The notes below the pieces were generated by a model. It was not told the DNA's origin. It ran no database searches and saw nothing but the letters and a program-made list of their open reading frames with translations. The position numbers and the translations under genes are program-made. DNA of 63,951 nt, the filler included, from Nitrospinota bacterium (GTDB lineage Bacteria > JADFOP01), in the NCBI GenBank assembly GCA_022562795.1. It is 3 parts of 3 records of this genome, joined end to end, with 100 filler letters (N's around TTAATTAATTAA, not from the genome) between each part and the next. Parts side by side here need not be neighbours in the genome. Positions count along the whole stretch, not along the records: positions 31,141 to 59,616 come from JADFOP010000025.1; 2 more parts are not named here. One strand, written 5' to 3'. Positions within the stretch are counted from its first letter, which is position 1; every line of letters begins with the position of its first letter. This document shows, one piece after another, positions 40,054-49,288 of this stretch.

Positions 40054-40479
40054 TTAACCGAAGCGCACGAGCCGGTCCTGGCGAACCAGGTCGCCGGCCT
40101 TGTCGATCTCCGTGGGAAACTCCCTGCCTCGATCGAAGCTCTGGACCTCCAGCTTATCAAGCCCGAAGGTCACTTCCACCTCCTTGGAGGCGGCCTCCGT
40201 GTCAAACCACTTACAGGAAAAGAAGTCCACGCTCAAGAACCCCTTCTCCGGAAAGGTATGTACGGTGATGTGGCTCTCGGCGATCAGGACCACGCCGGAG
40301 AGCCCCCAATCCTCGGGCTTGGAGCCTTTGTATTCAAAGACGTACGGGGGCATGATTTTCGTCATGCCCATCTTCGCAGGGTATTCATCCAGGAAGCGGT
40401 AGAGACCCTCCAAATCCGTCAGACGATCCCGCTCCCCGCCGTATCCGTCAATTATCAGGTGCTTTCCAAATCCCATCAT
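40054..40479 (-). CDS. speD: Pyruvoyl-dependent decarboxylase proenzyme, SpeD (AdoMetDC) family
   Basis: FGKHLIIDGYG, GVVLIAESHITVHTFPE, DFFSCK. Confidence 0.88.
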   Translation of the reverse strand: MMGFGKHLIIDGYGGERDRLTDLEGLYRFLDEYPAKMGMTKIMPPYVFEYKGSKPEDWGLSGVVLIAESHITVHTFPEKGFLSVDFFSCKWFDTEAASKEVEVTFGLDKLEVQSFDRGREFPTEIDKAGDLVRQDRLVRFG

Positions 40480-40695
40480 TGCACCTTCCTCCCCCCGGAC
40501 GGCTCAATCGAGCTTCGTCCGTCCCTCAAATGGAAGGTGAGGTCTGCTGTCCTTCCAGTTTTCTCGTGGTCCAAATCCCCCGCCTGCCCGGCGGGCGGAG
40601 CCAAACGGCCCTTCCGTTAAGTCCGTGTTCCGGACGCTACGGGAGAGAGTAATGGGGCCGACAGCGGCGGGCCCCTCCGTATCGGAAGAAGTCCA

Positions 40696-40794
40696 TCAGG
40701 ATTTTAAGAAGGGAGGGCGCGGAACACACGCCCTCTCGGCTCCTATGGCCGGTAGCCCTCTACTGCCGGTGTGGTGAACATCCACCCTTCGCAT
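40696..40794 (-). CDS. Candidate leader peptide (uORF) upstream of speD
   Basis: Strong RBS GGAGGAG 8 nt before ATG; MRRVDVHHTGSRGLPAIGAERACVPRPPFLKS. Confidence 0.4.
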   Translation of the reverse strand: MRRVDVHHTGSRGLPAIGAERACVPRPPFLKS

Positions 40795-40915
40795 GGTGGT
40801 TGCTCCTCCCATCCTTGGTGCGGCTTCGGAGCGGAAGGCTCCTCGTCTCGGTGGGGGAATGGAACGACCGGCCAGCACGCCACACCCGTGCCGGCCGGCT
40901 TATAGTAACCGCATT

Positions 40916-40943
40916 AATATACAGCCTTTATCTAGCCTGTCAA
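40916..40943 (-). promoter_or_regulatory. Sigma70-like promoter for the speD-speB leader
   Basis: Minus strand TTGACA-16 bp-TATATT. Confidence 0.55.
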
Positions 40944-40964
40944 TAGCGAAGTTCCATTGTCCGC

Positions 40965-41891
40965 CTACTGGGTTTCGCGGCCCACGACAAGCCGTTTCTT
41001 CGACGGCATTAGACGCTGCCAGAAGACGAGGATGGGGCTCGCCACGAAGATGGAGGAATAGGTTCCGACGACGATGCCCACCAAGAGGGCAAAGGCGAAG
41101 TCGTGGATAACCTCTCCTCCAAGAAAAAAGAGGGCCAGGACGACGAGCATGGTGGTGAAGCTGGTAAGGATGGTCCTGGAGAGGGTTTCGTTGATGCTTC
41201 GGTTGAAAACCGCCTCGTAGCTCTCCCGTCGAAATAGCTTCAGATTTTCCCGGATGCGGTCGAAGACGACGATGGTGTCGTTGAGCGAGTAGCCGACGAT
41301 GGTGAGAAAAGCGGCGATGACCGGCAAGGAGAGCTCCTTGTTGGTCACGGCAAAAGCCCCGAGGGTGATGAGTACGTCGTGGACGAGCGCTAAGATGGCG
41401 GCCACGGCGAAGCGAAACTCGAAGCGGATGGTAATGTAGATGAGTATCCCAATGAGCGCATAGGCCATCGCAAGGGCAGCCTGCTTGCGAAGGGCCGCGC
41501 CTACCTGAGGGCCCACCACCTCGGTGCGCCGAAGCTCTATCTTGCCCTGTCCGTAGACCACCTCAAGGGCCTTGATGATCTCGCCCTGAAGGCCCTCGAT
41601 TCTCTTAGGGCTCCGCATCATCCGGATGAGAATCTCGTCCTTCGAGCCGTAGTGTTGGATGGTGCTGTCGCCCATGCCGATGCCTCGAAGCTCACGCCTC
41701 ACGTCCTCGATGTCGACGTCCCTTGGCATCCTCAGCTCCACCAGCGTCCCACCGGCGAAGTCTATTCCGTAGTTGAGCCCGCGAATGCCGGCCGTCAGGA
41801 GGCCGATGACGATCAGGACGGCTGAGGCGGATATTGCTATCCATCGGCGGCCGATAAAATCAAATGTGGTTCCAGGTTTAATGAACTCCAT
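40965..41891 (-). CDS. secF: Protein translocase subunit SecF
   Basis: GLNYGIDFAGG, VGPQVG, GYSLNDTIVVFDRIRE. Confidence 0.96.
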   Translation of the reverse strand: MEFIKPGTTFDFIGRRWIAISASAVLIVIGLLTAGIRGLNYGIDFAGGTLVELRMPRDVDIEDVRRELRGIGMGDSTIQHYGSKDEILIRMMRSPKRIEGLQGEIIKALEVVYGQGKIELRRTEVVGPQVGAALRKQAALAMAYALIGILIYITIRFEFRFAVAAILALVHDVLITLGAFAVTNKELSLPVIAAFLTIVGYSLNDTIVVFDRIRENLKLFRRESYEAVFNRSINETLSRTILTSFTTMLVVLALFFLGGEVIHDFAFALLVGIVVGTYSSIFVASPILVFWQRLMPSKKRLVVGRETQ

Positions 41892-41899
41892 GGCCGGCC

Positions 41900-43438
41900 T
41901 CAGATGGAGAGCTTCGTAACCCGCTGGGTCTTGATGTATATGTCGAAGACCACTCGTGAGACGAAGAGGGCAGTGAACATGCTGGCCGCAATTCCAATAG
42001 AGAGTGTTACGGCGAAGCCTTTGACCGTCCCGGTTCCGAACTGAAAGAGGACCAAAGCGGCAATGAACGTCGTCACGTTGGCGTCGAAAATTGTCCAGAA
42101 GGCCTTGCTGAACCCGGCCTCCACACTGGCCTTGACGCTTTTTCCGGTGCGGAGCTCTTCACGTATCCGTTCAAATATCAAGACGTTGGCATCGACCGCC
42201 ATACCGATGGTCAAGATGATCCCGGCGATGCCCGGCAGGGTCAGGGTCGCTCGAAGGTAGCCCATCGCCCCGACGAGGATGATGAGGTTCAGCATCAGGG
42301 CGATGTCGGCCACCGAGCCGCTGAAGCGGTAGTAGAAAACCATAAAGACGATGACGAGAATGCTGCCGATGATGATGGACCGCAGCCCCTGGCGGACGGA
42401 GTCGGCCCCGAGCGACGGCCCCACGGTGCGGTTCTCCAGAATCTCCACGGGAGCGGGAAGGGCGCCAGCTCTCAAGACGATCGCCACGTCCTTCGCCTCT
42501 TCCAGGTTATCTATGCCCTCGATGATAGCGCTCCCGCCCTCGATCTTCGCCCTGATCACGGGGGCGGTCCTCACCACATTGTCAAGCACTATGGCGAGCC
42601 GCTCACCCACGTGATCGCCTGTGATGCGGGCGAAGCGACGCCCTCCCACCCGGTCAAAGCGGATATTGACGATGGGTTGGTTGAACTGCCCCCCCAGCGA
42701 GACGGAGGCGTTGGTGAGGTGCTCGCCCGTCATCAGGGTACGGCGCTTTACGACAATGGGCGTCACGACGTCCCGACCCGACTGGCTGTCGCGTCGCCGG
42801 TAGGAAAGGATCTCGGAATCGGCCGGAACCCGCCCTGCTCGCGTATCGGCCTGGCTAACGCTGGCGTCGACGAGGCGAAACTCCAGCTGGGCGGTCCGCC
42901 CGATTAGGCGCAACGCCCGCTGTGGGTCCTTGATCCCGGAGAGTTGGATGAGGATTTGTCGGCCGCCCTGGCGCTGGATGACGGGCTCGGCAACGCCGAA
43001 TTGGTCCACCCGGTTGCGGATGGTCTCAAGCGCCTGGCTGACGGCGTTGTCTTTGACCTGCTCGGCGTATGCGGACCTTAGGCGAAAGCGCAGCGTTGGC
43101 GGCCCCGCCTCCTCGGGGATGACGGGGAAGTCCTTGAGCAGCGCGGCGGCACGCTCCATGTCGCGTGGGCGGATTATGACGACCTCGATGGAGTTGTCCG
43201 GGCCGCGGGCCGAACGGCTGACACGCACCTGATTCTCCCGAAGGAGCCTGCCCATATCCTCGGCCATTTGCTCGACGGTGTTCTCCACGGCTTTGTCCGT
43301 CTGGACCTCCAGCACCAAGTGAATGCCGCCTTGGAGATCGAGACCAAGGTTGATTTTCTTCTTCAGGGGTGTGGCGGACCAGATGGAGACCCCTACGACA
43401 AGGACGATGAGCAGCGGTTTCCAGCGTCCTGCGCCCAT
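41900..43438 (-). CDS. secD: Protein translocase subunit SecD
   Basis: LGLDLQGG, RNRVDQFGVAEP, GMAVDANVLIFERIREE. Confidence 0.96.
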   Translation of the reverse strand: MGAGRWKPLLIVLVVGVSIWSATPLKKKINLGLDLQGGIHLVLEVQTDKAVENTVEQMAEDMGRLLRENQVRVSRSARGPDNSIEVVIIRPRDMERAAALLKDFPVIPEEAGPPTLRFRLRSAYAEQVKDNAVSQALETIRNRVDQFGVAEPVIQRQGGRQILIQLSGIKDPQRALRLIGRTAQLEFRLVDASVSQADTRAGRVPADSEILSYRRRDSQSGRDVVTPIVVKRRTLMTGEHLTNASVSLGGQFNQPIVNIRFDRVGGRRFARITGDHVGERLAIVLDNVVRTAPVIRAKIEGGSAIIEGIDNLEEAKDVAIVLRAGALPAPVEILENRTVGPSLGADSVRQGLRSIIIGSILVIVFMVFYYRFSGSVADIALMLNLIILVGAMGYLRATLTLPGIAGIILTIGMAVDANVLIFERIREELRTGKSVKASVEAGFSKAFWTIFDANVTTFIAALVLFQFGTGTVKGFAVTLSIGIAASMFTALFVSRVVFDIYIKTQRVTKLSI

Positions 43439-43461
43439 GGATGTCGGCTCCAGTCGTAGGC

Positions 43462-43827
43462 TTAGTCAGCGGCCTTTTCTTTTTTGGATGGCTTGGACCG
43501 CAGTCCTGTGATGGCGCTCTTGGATACGCGCAAGCGCACGCCTTCGGCAACTTCCAGCGACACCGTCTCGTCCTTAATCTTGTAGATGGACCCATATAGG
43601 CCGCCCTGTGTGAGCACTTCATCGCCCTTCTTTAGTTCCTCGAGCATCTTGGAATGCTCCTTACGCTGCTTCTGCTGAGGCCTGATGAGGAGGAAGTAGA
43701 ATATGGCTATGAGAAGGCCGAACGTAATGAAGGGGGCCGCGAAGCCTCCAGCGCCGGCGTCACCGGTTCCGCCCGGCCTACCGCCCAAGGCGTGGGCCGC
43801 ACGCAACCAGGGCAGAAGTAAGTCCAT
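43462..43827 (-). CDS. yajC: Preprotein translocase subunit YajC
   Basis: FYFLLIRPQQKQ...LKKGDEVLTQGG. Confidence 0.94.
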   Translation of the reverse strand: MDLLLPWLRAAHALGGRPGGTGDAGAGGFAAPFITFGLLIAIFYFLLIRPQQKQRKEHSKMLEELKKGDEVLTQGGLYGSIYKIKDETVSLEVAEGVRLRVSKSAITGLRSKPSKKEKAAD

Positions 43828-43898
43828 GGCGGGGGTCTCCAGGGATCAGGGAAGGCAAAGCCCTTGATTCGCAATGAAGGGAGTTTTTATCAGATTTT

Positions 43899-45071
43899 CT
43901 AGGCGATGTCAACAGGACCGACCGCCTCGCCCTCCTCGTTGTGGCCTCCCGCCTCGGCTCCGGCCGGCATGAAATTCGCTTCTACCCGCTCTCTGATGGT
44001 CTCCAGGCCCCCCTTCGGGATGGCCCCGCGTATCTCGGCCATGAGCCGCATGTAGAAGGTAAGGTTGTGGAGGGTATTGAGCCGGGAGGCGAGAATTTCG
44101 CCCGCCTGGAACAGATGACGGAGATATGAGCGGGTGAAGGTCGCGCAAGTGTAGCACGGACAGTCGGGATCGAGGGGCCGCAGGTCGTCTAGGTAACGGG
44201 CGTGTTTAATGATGATGCGGCCCTGGCTTGTGTAAAGCGTCCCGGTCCGGGCGTTGCGTGTCGGTAGGACACAGTCAAATAGGTCGATGCCCCTCATTAC
44301 CTGCTCGACCAGGTCCAAGGGAGTGCCGACTCCCATGAGGTAGCGGGGGCTAGCTTCGGGCAGCAACGGCACCGTCGCCTCCACAACGGTTCTCAAATGC
44401 TCCTTGCTCTCGCCCACGCTCAGGCCTCCGATGGCGTAGCCGTCGAACTCGAGAGCCGTAATGGCCCGGGCGCTTTCGGCCCGAAGGTCGGCGAACATCC
44501 CCCCCTGGACGATCCCGAACAAGGCCTGGTCGTCCCGACGTTTGGCCGCCCTGCATCGCTCGGCCCAGCTGTTGGTCAGGACCATGGACTCGCGGGCGTA
44601 GTCATAGGTCGTCGGGTAGGGGGCGCACTCATCGAGGGCCATGATGATGTCGGCCCCCAGGGCCTCCTGGATGGCGACAGCCTTCTCGGGGCTCAAGAGG
44701 TGCTCGGAGCCGTCGAGGTGGCTTTGAAACATGACGCCGTCCGAGGTGATCTTCCTTAGTTTCGCCAAGCTCATCACCTGGAACCCCCCGCTGTCGGTCA
44801 AAAGCGGGCCGTCCCAGCCCATGAATCGGTGAAGCCCCCCGTGGGCCTCCACCACCTCCACTCCGGGCCGCAGGTAGAGGTGGTAGGCGTTGGCCAAGAG
44901 GATCTCGGCCCCGAGTGAGCGGCACTCGTCCGGGGTCATGGCCTTAACAGTGGCTTGGGTGCCGACCGGCATGAAAGCGGGGGTGGCCACACGCCCGTGG
45001 GGGGTTGTGAGAACGCCGAGACGGGCCTTCGAGGCGGCGTCGGTTTTCGTAACTCTAAAGGAGCATCCCAC
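43899..45071 (-). CDS. tgt: Queuine tRNA-ribosyltransferase
   Basis: TPAFMPVGTQ, TDSGGFQ, FDCVLPTRNAR, CPCYTC. Confidence 0.97.
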   Translation of the reverse strand: MGCSFRVTKTDAASKARLGVLTTPHGRVATPAFMPVGTQATVKAMTPDECRSLGAEILLANAYHLYLRPGVEVVEAHGGLHRFMGWDGPLLTDSGGFQVMSLAKLRKITSDGVMFQSHLDGSEHLLSPEKAVAIQEALGADIIMALDECAPYPTTYDYARESMVLTNSWAERCRAAKRRDDQALFGIVQGGMFADLRAESARAITALEFDGYAIGGLSVGESKEHLRTVVEATVPLLPEASPRYLMGVGTPLDLVEQVMRGIDLFDCVLPTRNARTGTLYTSQGRIIIKHARYLDDLRPLDPDCPCYTCATFTRSYLRHLFQAGEILASRLNTLHNLTFYMRLMAEIRGAIPKGGLETIRERVEANFMPAGAEAGGHNEEGEAVGPVDIA

Positions 45072-45079
45072 GGCGAGGC

Positions 45080-46000
45080 CTACGCCGACGCCTCAGGTCG
45101 AGGGATGCCAACCAGCTCGTCGTAGAGGATTGTAATGAGCACGGCGTGGGCGGGAAATAGCAGGCCGCCGATCACAAGATCGCCCGCAAAGAGGAGGCTC
45201 GGCCAGTTGACGATTTCTGCCACAGCCGACAAAGACATCAACACCAGGAAGCTCACCACCGTGATGCAGAGCTCCGTCAACACGATTATGGCCAAGACCT
45301 GCAGGGCCTGCTGGAAGCCACTGCGGCCGATGACCAAACGGGGGCTCGCCTGGAGGGCCTCCCAAGCGGTGGCCTTGTCGAGTACGACCAGCGGCTGCAC
45401 CATGCTGAGCAGCGACAGGGCTGCAAGCCCCGGGACGATGAGGAGCAGGAAGCCGGTAAATATAGCGAGCCCGTATGCCACTGTCGCAAGCCAGAGAACG
45501 CCGATGGTGCCCCAAGGTGGTTGGGAGTAGAAGGGCCCTAAAGCCAGATCCTCGTCCCGCACGGAAAAGGCCGTCAAGACGACGAGGTAGTAGGAGGCCA
45601 ATGTCACGAACCCAGTCAGTAGCGTTGTGACGGCTAGTATTGAGCCGCTGGAGGCCCGGCCCTCCATCACCGCGTTCGATATCTCGATATAGCCAAGCTG
45701 AATGGGAATGACGAGCAGGAGCAAGCCTGGCACAAAGGGCCCCAGGATACGCCTGTAGTGGATTAGGACGCGTCGCAAGGTGCGACCTACGAACCCCGCA
45801 GCCGGCGGCCGCCGGTCCTTCCAGTCGGTCGGCGGCGGCGATACGGGAGCCTCGGGGCTCTCCAAGACGCCCCAGGCCTCCCCGCCATCTGTTCCAGCTT
45901 CCTCCTCCGGTCTCTCGGTCTCGGGCCGGGGCTTACCGCAATCTACGCACCGGACGTTGTGATCGATATTTGCACGCCCACAGTCGCATAGCCAAATCAT
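45080..46000 (-). CDS. Membrane protein with N-terminal RanBP2-like zinc finger
   Basis: WLCDCGRANIDHNVRCVDC plus ~6 TM helices with LLLIVPG and A..AL..S..LV motifs. Confidence 0.7.
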   Translation of the reverse strand: MIWLCDCGRANIDHNVRCVDCGKPRPETERPEEEAGTDGGEAWGVLESPEAPVSPPPTDWKDRRPPAAGFVGRTLRRVLIHYRRILGPFVPGLLLLVIPIQLGYIEISNAVMEGRASSGSILAVTTLLTGFVTLASYYLVVLTAFSVRDEDLALGPFYSQPPWGTIGVLWLATVAYGLAIFTGFLLLIVPGLAALSLLSMVQPLVVLDKATAWEALQASPRLVIGRSGFQQALQVLAIIVLTELCITVVSFLVLMSLSAVAEIVNWPSLLFAGDLVIGGLLFPAHAVLITILYDELVGIPRPEASA

Positions 46001-46002
46001 CT

Positions 46003-46944
46003 CTACCCACTCTCACCAGTAACCGGCGGCATTGTACCATAAGCTCCGCTCTTCGGGGGCAGTGGCGCGAGAGCATCGTGCCTGGAGCTCAGCCCCACGT
46101 AAAAGAGCGTCGGAATGATGGCCCAGAAGGGCCCGAAGAGGGCCTGGACTAGCATGGCGCTGCCGCCTGTCCAGAGGTGAAGGATGGTCCGGGCTGTCGT
46201 CCACGTCCCCCAAACCGACCATAAGGAGCCTCCAAGGGCGATGCTGCCTACAACGGTCGCTAGAAACATGATGAAGAAGGCCCCTAAGACCGACCAGAAG
46301 CGGCCCCTCACCAGCCGGCTGCTACGCTTCATCGCCGCAACGGGCCTGAGGCCCTCGCAGACGATCACGGGCAGGGTCAGGGAGAGTTTTACCGCAACGT
46401 AGATCCCGGGAATTATAAACATCAGGGATGCGAAGCCCGTGGCCACGGATATCAGAGCCTGCGCGAGGAGCGCCCAGGCGAACGTCGAGGCCGAGAGCCT
46501 GCTCACTGCTTCGCCCAGCCCCTCGGCGAACCCCCCTATCTCGTCGGCGGCCAGGCGAATCATCACGACCACCCAAAAGACGTTCCAGAGCGCAAGGAGG
46601 GCAGCTCCCATTAATGGAGGCCCGATACCCTTAAAAAGGCCCATATGATCGGCGCGCCACTGCCAGGCCTGAAAGAGGAAGAGCGGGAGGGCCATCAAGA
46701 GGCCGGCTGCAACGAAGCCTAGAACCCTACGGGCGTAGAGCGAGGCGGAGTCGGCCATGACCGCCCAGGCCCGGGCGGAAGCGAGGGAGCGGTAGCGGGC
46801 CTCGTCACGCGGGAGCTCGCCGTGGGGGGCGCCAGGCCGTTGCGCAGTGCATGCGAGGCAGACCTTTGCCTCGACAGGGTTGGTATGACCACAGAGGCAG
46901 GTCCATCTCATTGGCGAACCCGTGTTCTCTGCACCCCTAACCAT
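46003..46944 (-). CDS. Paralogous membrane protein with N-terminal RanBP2-like zinc finger
   Basis: WTCLCGHTNPVEAKVCLAC plus TM helices, FIIPGIY, AMKRSSRLVRGRFW. Confidence 0.7.
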   Translation of the reverse strand: MVRGAENTGSPMRWTCLCGHTNPVEAKVCLACTAQRPGAPHGELPRDEARYRSLASARAWAVMADSASLYARRVLGFVAAGLLMALPLFLFQAWQWRADHMGLFKGIGPPLMGAALLALWNVFWVVVMIRLAADEIGGFAEGLGEAVSRLSASTFAWALLAQALISVATGFASLMFIIPGIYVAVKLSLTLPVIVCEGLRPVAAMKRSSRLVRGRFWSVLGAFFIMFLATVVGSIALGGSLWSVWGTWTTARTILHLWTGGSAMLVQALFGPFWAIIPTLFYVGLSSRHDALAPLPPKSGAYGTMPPVTGESG

Positions 46945-46998
46945 TACCCGGGGGGTCGCAAGGCTTAAGGCAAGCGGGGTGACGGTGTTGAGGGGTGA

Positions 46999-47916
46999 TT
47001 ACGGACGCACCTTGGCTCGCTCAATTTCCATGAAGATAGAACCATTCTTGAAGATGCGGACGTCACCCGTGGACTCAGAGATGACGATTGCCAGGGCGTC
47101 GGTGGCCTCGGTGATTCCAGCCGCAGCTGCGTGGCGGCTGCCCAATCCCATGGGCATCTTTTCGGTATCCAGAGCCGCGGCCAGATGGCGGCCGGCCGAT
47201 ACAATGACCCCGTCGCCGCGGATAATGAAGGCGCCGTCCATCATGGAGAACTCCTTGATCGTCTCCCGGAGCCTGCGGTCAAGGATGTTGCGCTCAGATT
47301 CGGGATAGCCCTTAAAAGGGTTGATGATCAACTGACGCGAGATCGGGAGGACTCTTTCTTGATCGCCAAGGACAAAGGTAGTCCCTATGGGCTTGCCCTC
47401 ACGGCCCTCGCTGGCGAGCTCCACGGCGAGATTGAGAACCCCCTCAAAGACTTCCGGGTTAACGCCCGACGAGACGGCGGAGACATCCTCACTCGTCAGA
47501 AGCTCGAACTCCCTGCTGATGTCCAATACCACGAGGCTGTCCAGCGTCTTGAGCTTTGGCAGGCCCGAGAGGCAAACGATTTTCTCATCACTTCCGACGA
47601 GGTTTGCTGCGAGGCTCATGATGACGCCCATCTTAACCTGACCCATGCGCGTCAGGGCGACCTTGGGCACCATGAGGACGTTGTCCAACACCTTGCTGGC
47701 CTCTTCGTAGGTTTCCTCGTCGCGGGTGGCGAAGACCACCTTGAATCGGCCTTTGAAGCCCTCGAAGAACTCCCAGTCTTCGAGCAGGTCGCTTACGACC
47801 AGGATGGTGTCGGCCCCAATTTTGTCGGCGATGAGGCAGGCGTGCTCCAGCATGAGGCGATTGACCGCCTTGATGCCCTTCCCCTTTGTGGCGCCCTTGG
47901 CTGGCTTCTTCATCAT
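46999..47916 (-). CDS. Diadenylate cyclase (DisA_N/DAC domain, DacZ-like architecture)
   Basis: EGREGKPIG, MDGAF, GLGSRHAAA, ISESTG. Confidence 0.88.
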   Translation of the reverse strand: MMKKPAKGATKGKGIKAVNRLMLEHACLIADKIGADTILVVSDLLEDWEFFEGFKGRFKVVFATRDEETYEEASKVLDNVLMVPKVALTRMGQVKMGVIMSLAANLVGSDEKIVCLSGLPKLKTLDSLVVLDISREFELLTSEDVSAVSSGVNPEVFEGVLNLAVELASEGREGKPIGTTFVLGDQERVLPISRQLIINPFKGYPESERNILDRRLRETIKEFSMMDGAFIIRGDGVIVSAGRHLAAALDTEKMPMGLGSRHAAAAGITEATDALAIVISESTGDVRIFKNGSIFMEIERAKVRP

Positions 47917-48428
47917 GGCGACCCCCAGGTCATTGAAAGAACTAAAGTAAATATAGCACGTTAGAGCCCCTCAAGCAACGCCTTTCGCTCCGTGGTTGGG
48001 GTAGGGGAAGGGATAAGAATCGGAGCCGCTGCCTGGGTCGGCTCCCCCTTTGCCTTGATTTGCATCCTCACAAATTGCTATTCTCTTACACCAACGACTC
48101 CTTAAGACTTAACACGTGGCGGACGCCGTGCTCTGCCACTTCGAGGACGAGACGGCCTAATCCCCCACTCAAAAATGACCCCCCACGCAAGCCGGTAGGC
48201 TATACCCCATATTGGTTGATAAACTCAGACAGAATTTTACCGATAAATAAGATAAGCTGCGTGCCTTCGCCGGGACCGCCAGGACGGCGGACGAATAAGG
48301 GATCGAGAAGGGGTGACAACCACTCACACGTCCCTCTTGGGAGGCACAAAATACTAACCAAAGGCACTTCAAGGACTCAGACGAGCCCTTGGATGGCTAT
48401 ACGGCGTGCCTCTGGCAAGCCGGAGGGT

Positions 48429-48569
48429 ATGAACGTGGGTGCTCTTGAGTATGTCTTTTGGATGGGCTTAATGCTACCGCCGCCTGAATCCATGATGACG
48501 CCCTGGCTCTCGATTGTAGCTGTGGTGGGCATGTTCTGGTTCTGGTACGCTAAGCTTCCCAACATCTAA
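48429..48569 (+). CDS. Small hypothetical membrane protein
   Basis: RBS GGAGGG; 46 aa MNVGALEYVFW...WLSIVAVVGMFWFWYAKLPNI. Confidence 0.4.
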   Translation: MNVGALEYVFWMGLMLPPPESMMTPWLSIVAVVGMFWFWYAKLPNI

Positions 48570-48637
48570 GCCTGCCTCGCCCCAGGGGTCCGCTCTCCCG
48601 CCGAGCGAACCGCGCCGTGTGGCACTCCTGCTGCGCA

Positions 48638-49150
48638 TCACTTAAGTGATGCGACAATATCCTCCTTCGTATAATCGACAATCGCTGCAAGCTCGCGCCG
48701 TTCAGCCTCAGGCACCTTGAACTTATCAAGGGTCTTTTGGAACTCGGCCATCATGACCTTCCATTCGGCCTCGGAGATTTTGAGCCCATCGTGGGCCTCC
48801 ACCATCGAGCGCCCAATGTAGGTGCAGGGGCCACCGGTGGCTTGGCAGAAGTACTCCGTAAACATGAACTTGGGCACGGCCGGGTGGGTCCGAAGATGGG
48901 CCGCCTGGACGGCTGGGTTTTCATTGATGATGGGGTTGAAATAGAGCCGGTCGATCAAATCGTCCATCATCGCGGCAATCTTCGGCACTCCGCCCAGCCG
49001 ATCATAGAGCGTCTTGGCGGCCTGCTCGCTGCCCACTGCGGCCTTCGCGTAGTACCCAATAACCAGCCCAACGACAAACAAAACCGGCAGGACCAGGATC
49101 AACAGGCTCGAGGCCTTCCACGGACGGCCGATACGGCGTAGAACAGTCAT
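48638..49150 (-). CDS. Group I truncated hemoglobin with N-terminal TM/signal segment
   Basis: TLYDRLGG, ATGGPCTYIGRSMVEAH..L.IS..EW; RBS AAGGAGG. Confidence 0.9.
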   Translation of the reverse strand: MTVLRRIGRPWKASSLLILVLPVLFVVGLVIGYYAKAAVGSEQAAKTLYDRLGGVPKIAAMMDDLIDRLYFNPIINENPAVQAAHLRTHPAVPKFMFTEYFCQATGGPCTYIGRSMVEAHDGLKISEAEWKVMMAEFQKTLDKFKVPEAERRELAAIVDYTKEDIVASLK

Positions 49151-49288
49151 AGCTCTTCTCCTCCTTGGAAAGGGGACCGCGTCTTGGGCCTTTCCGCCCT
49201 CATTTCTCCTATGCTCCAACATTATTCATTACGCGACCCACCCACACTATAGGCTTCGAGAATCAAAGCCTGACTTCGATACCACCGG

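Noticed and set aside
47917-48428. Intergenic ORFs here and at 52850-53280
   Set aside because: No RBS, motifs or coding-like composition; probably promoter regions.
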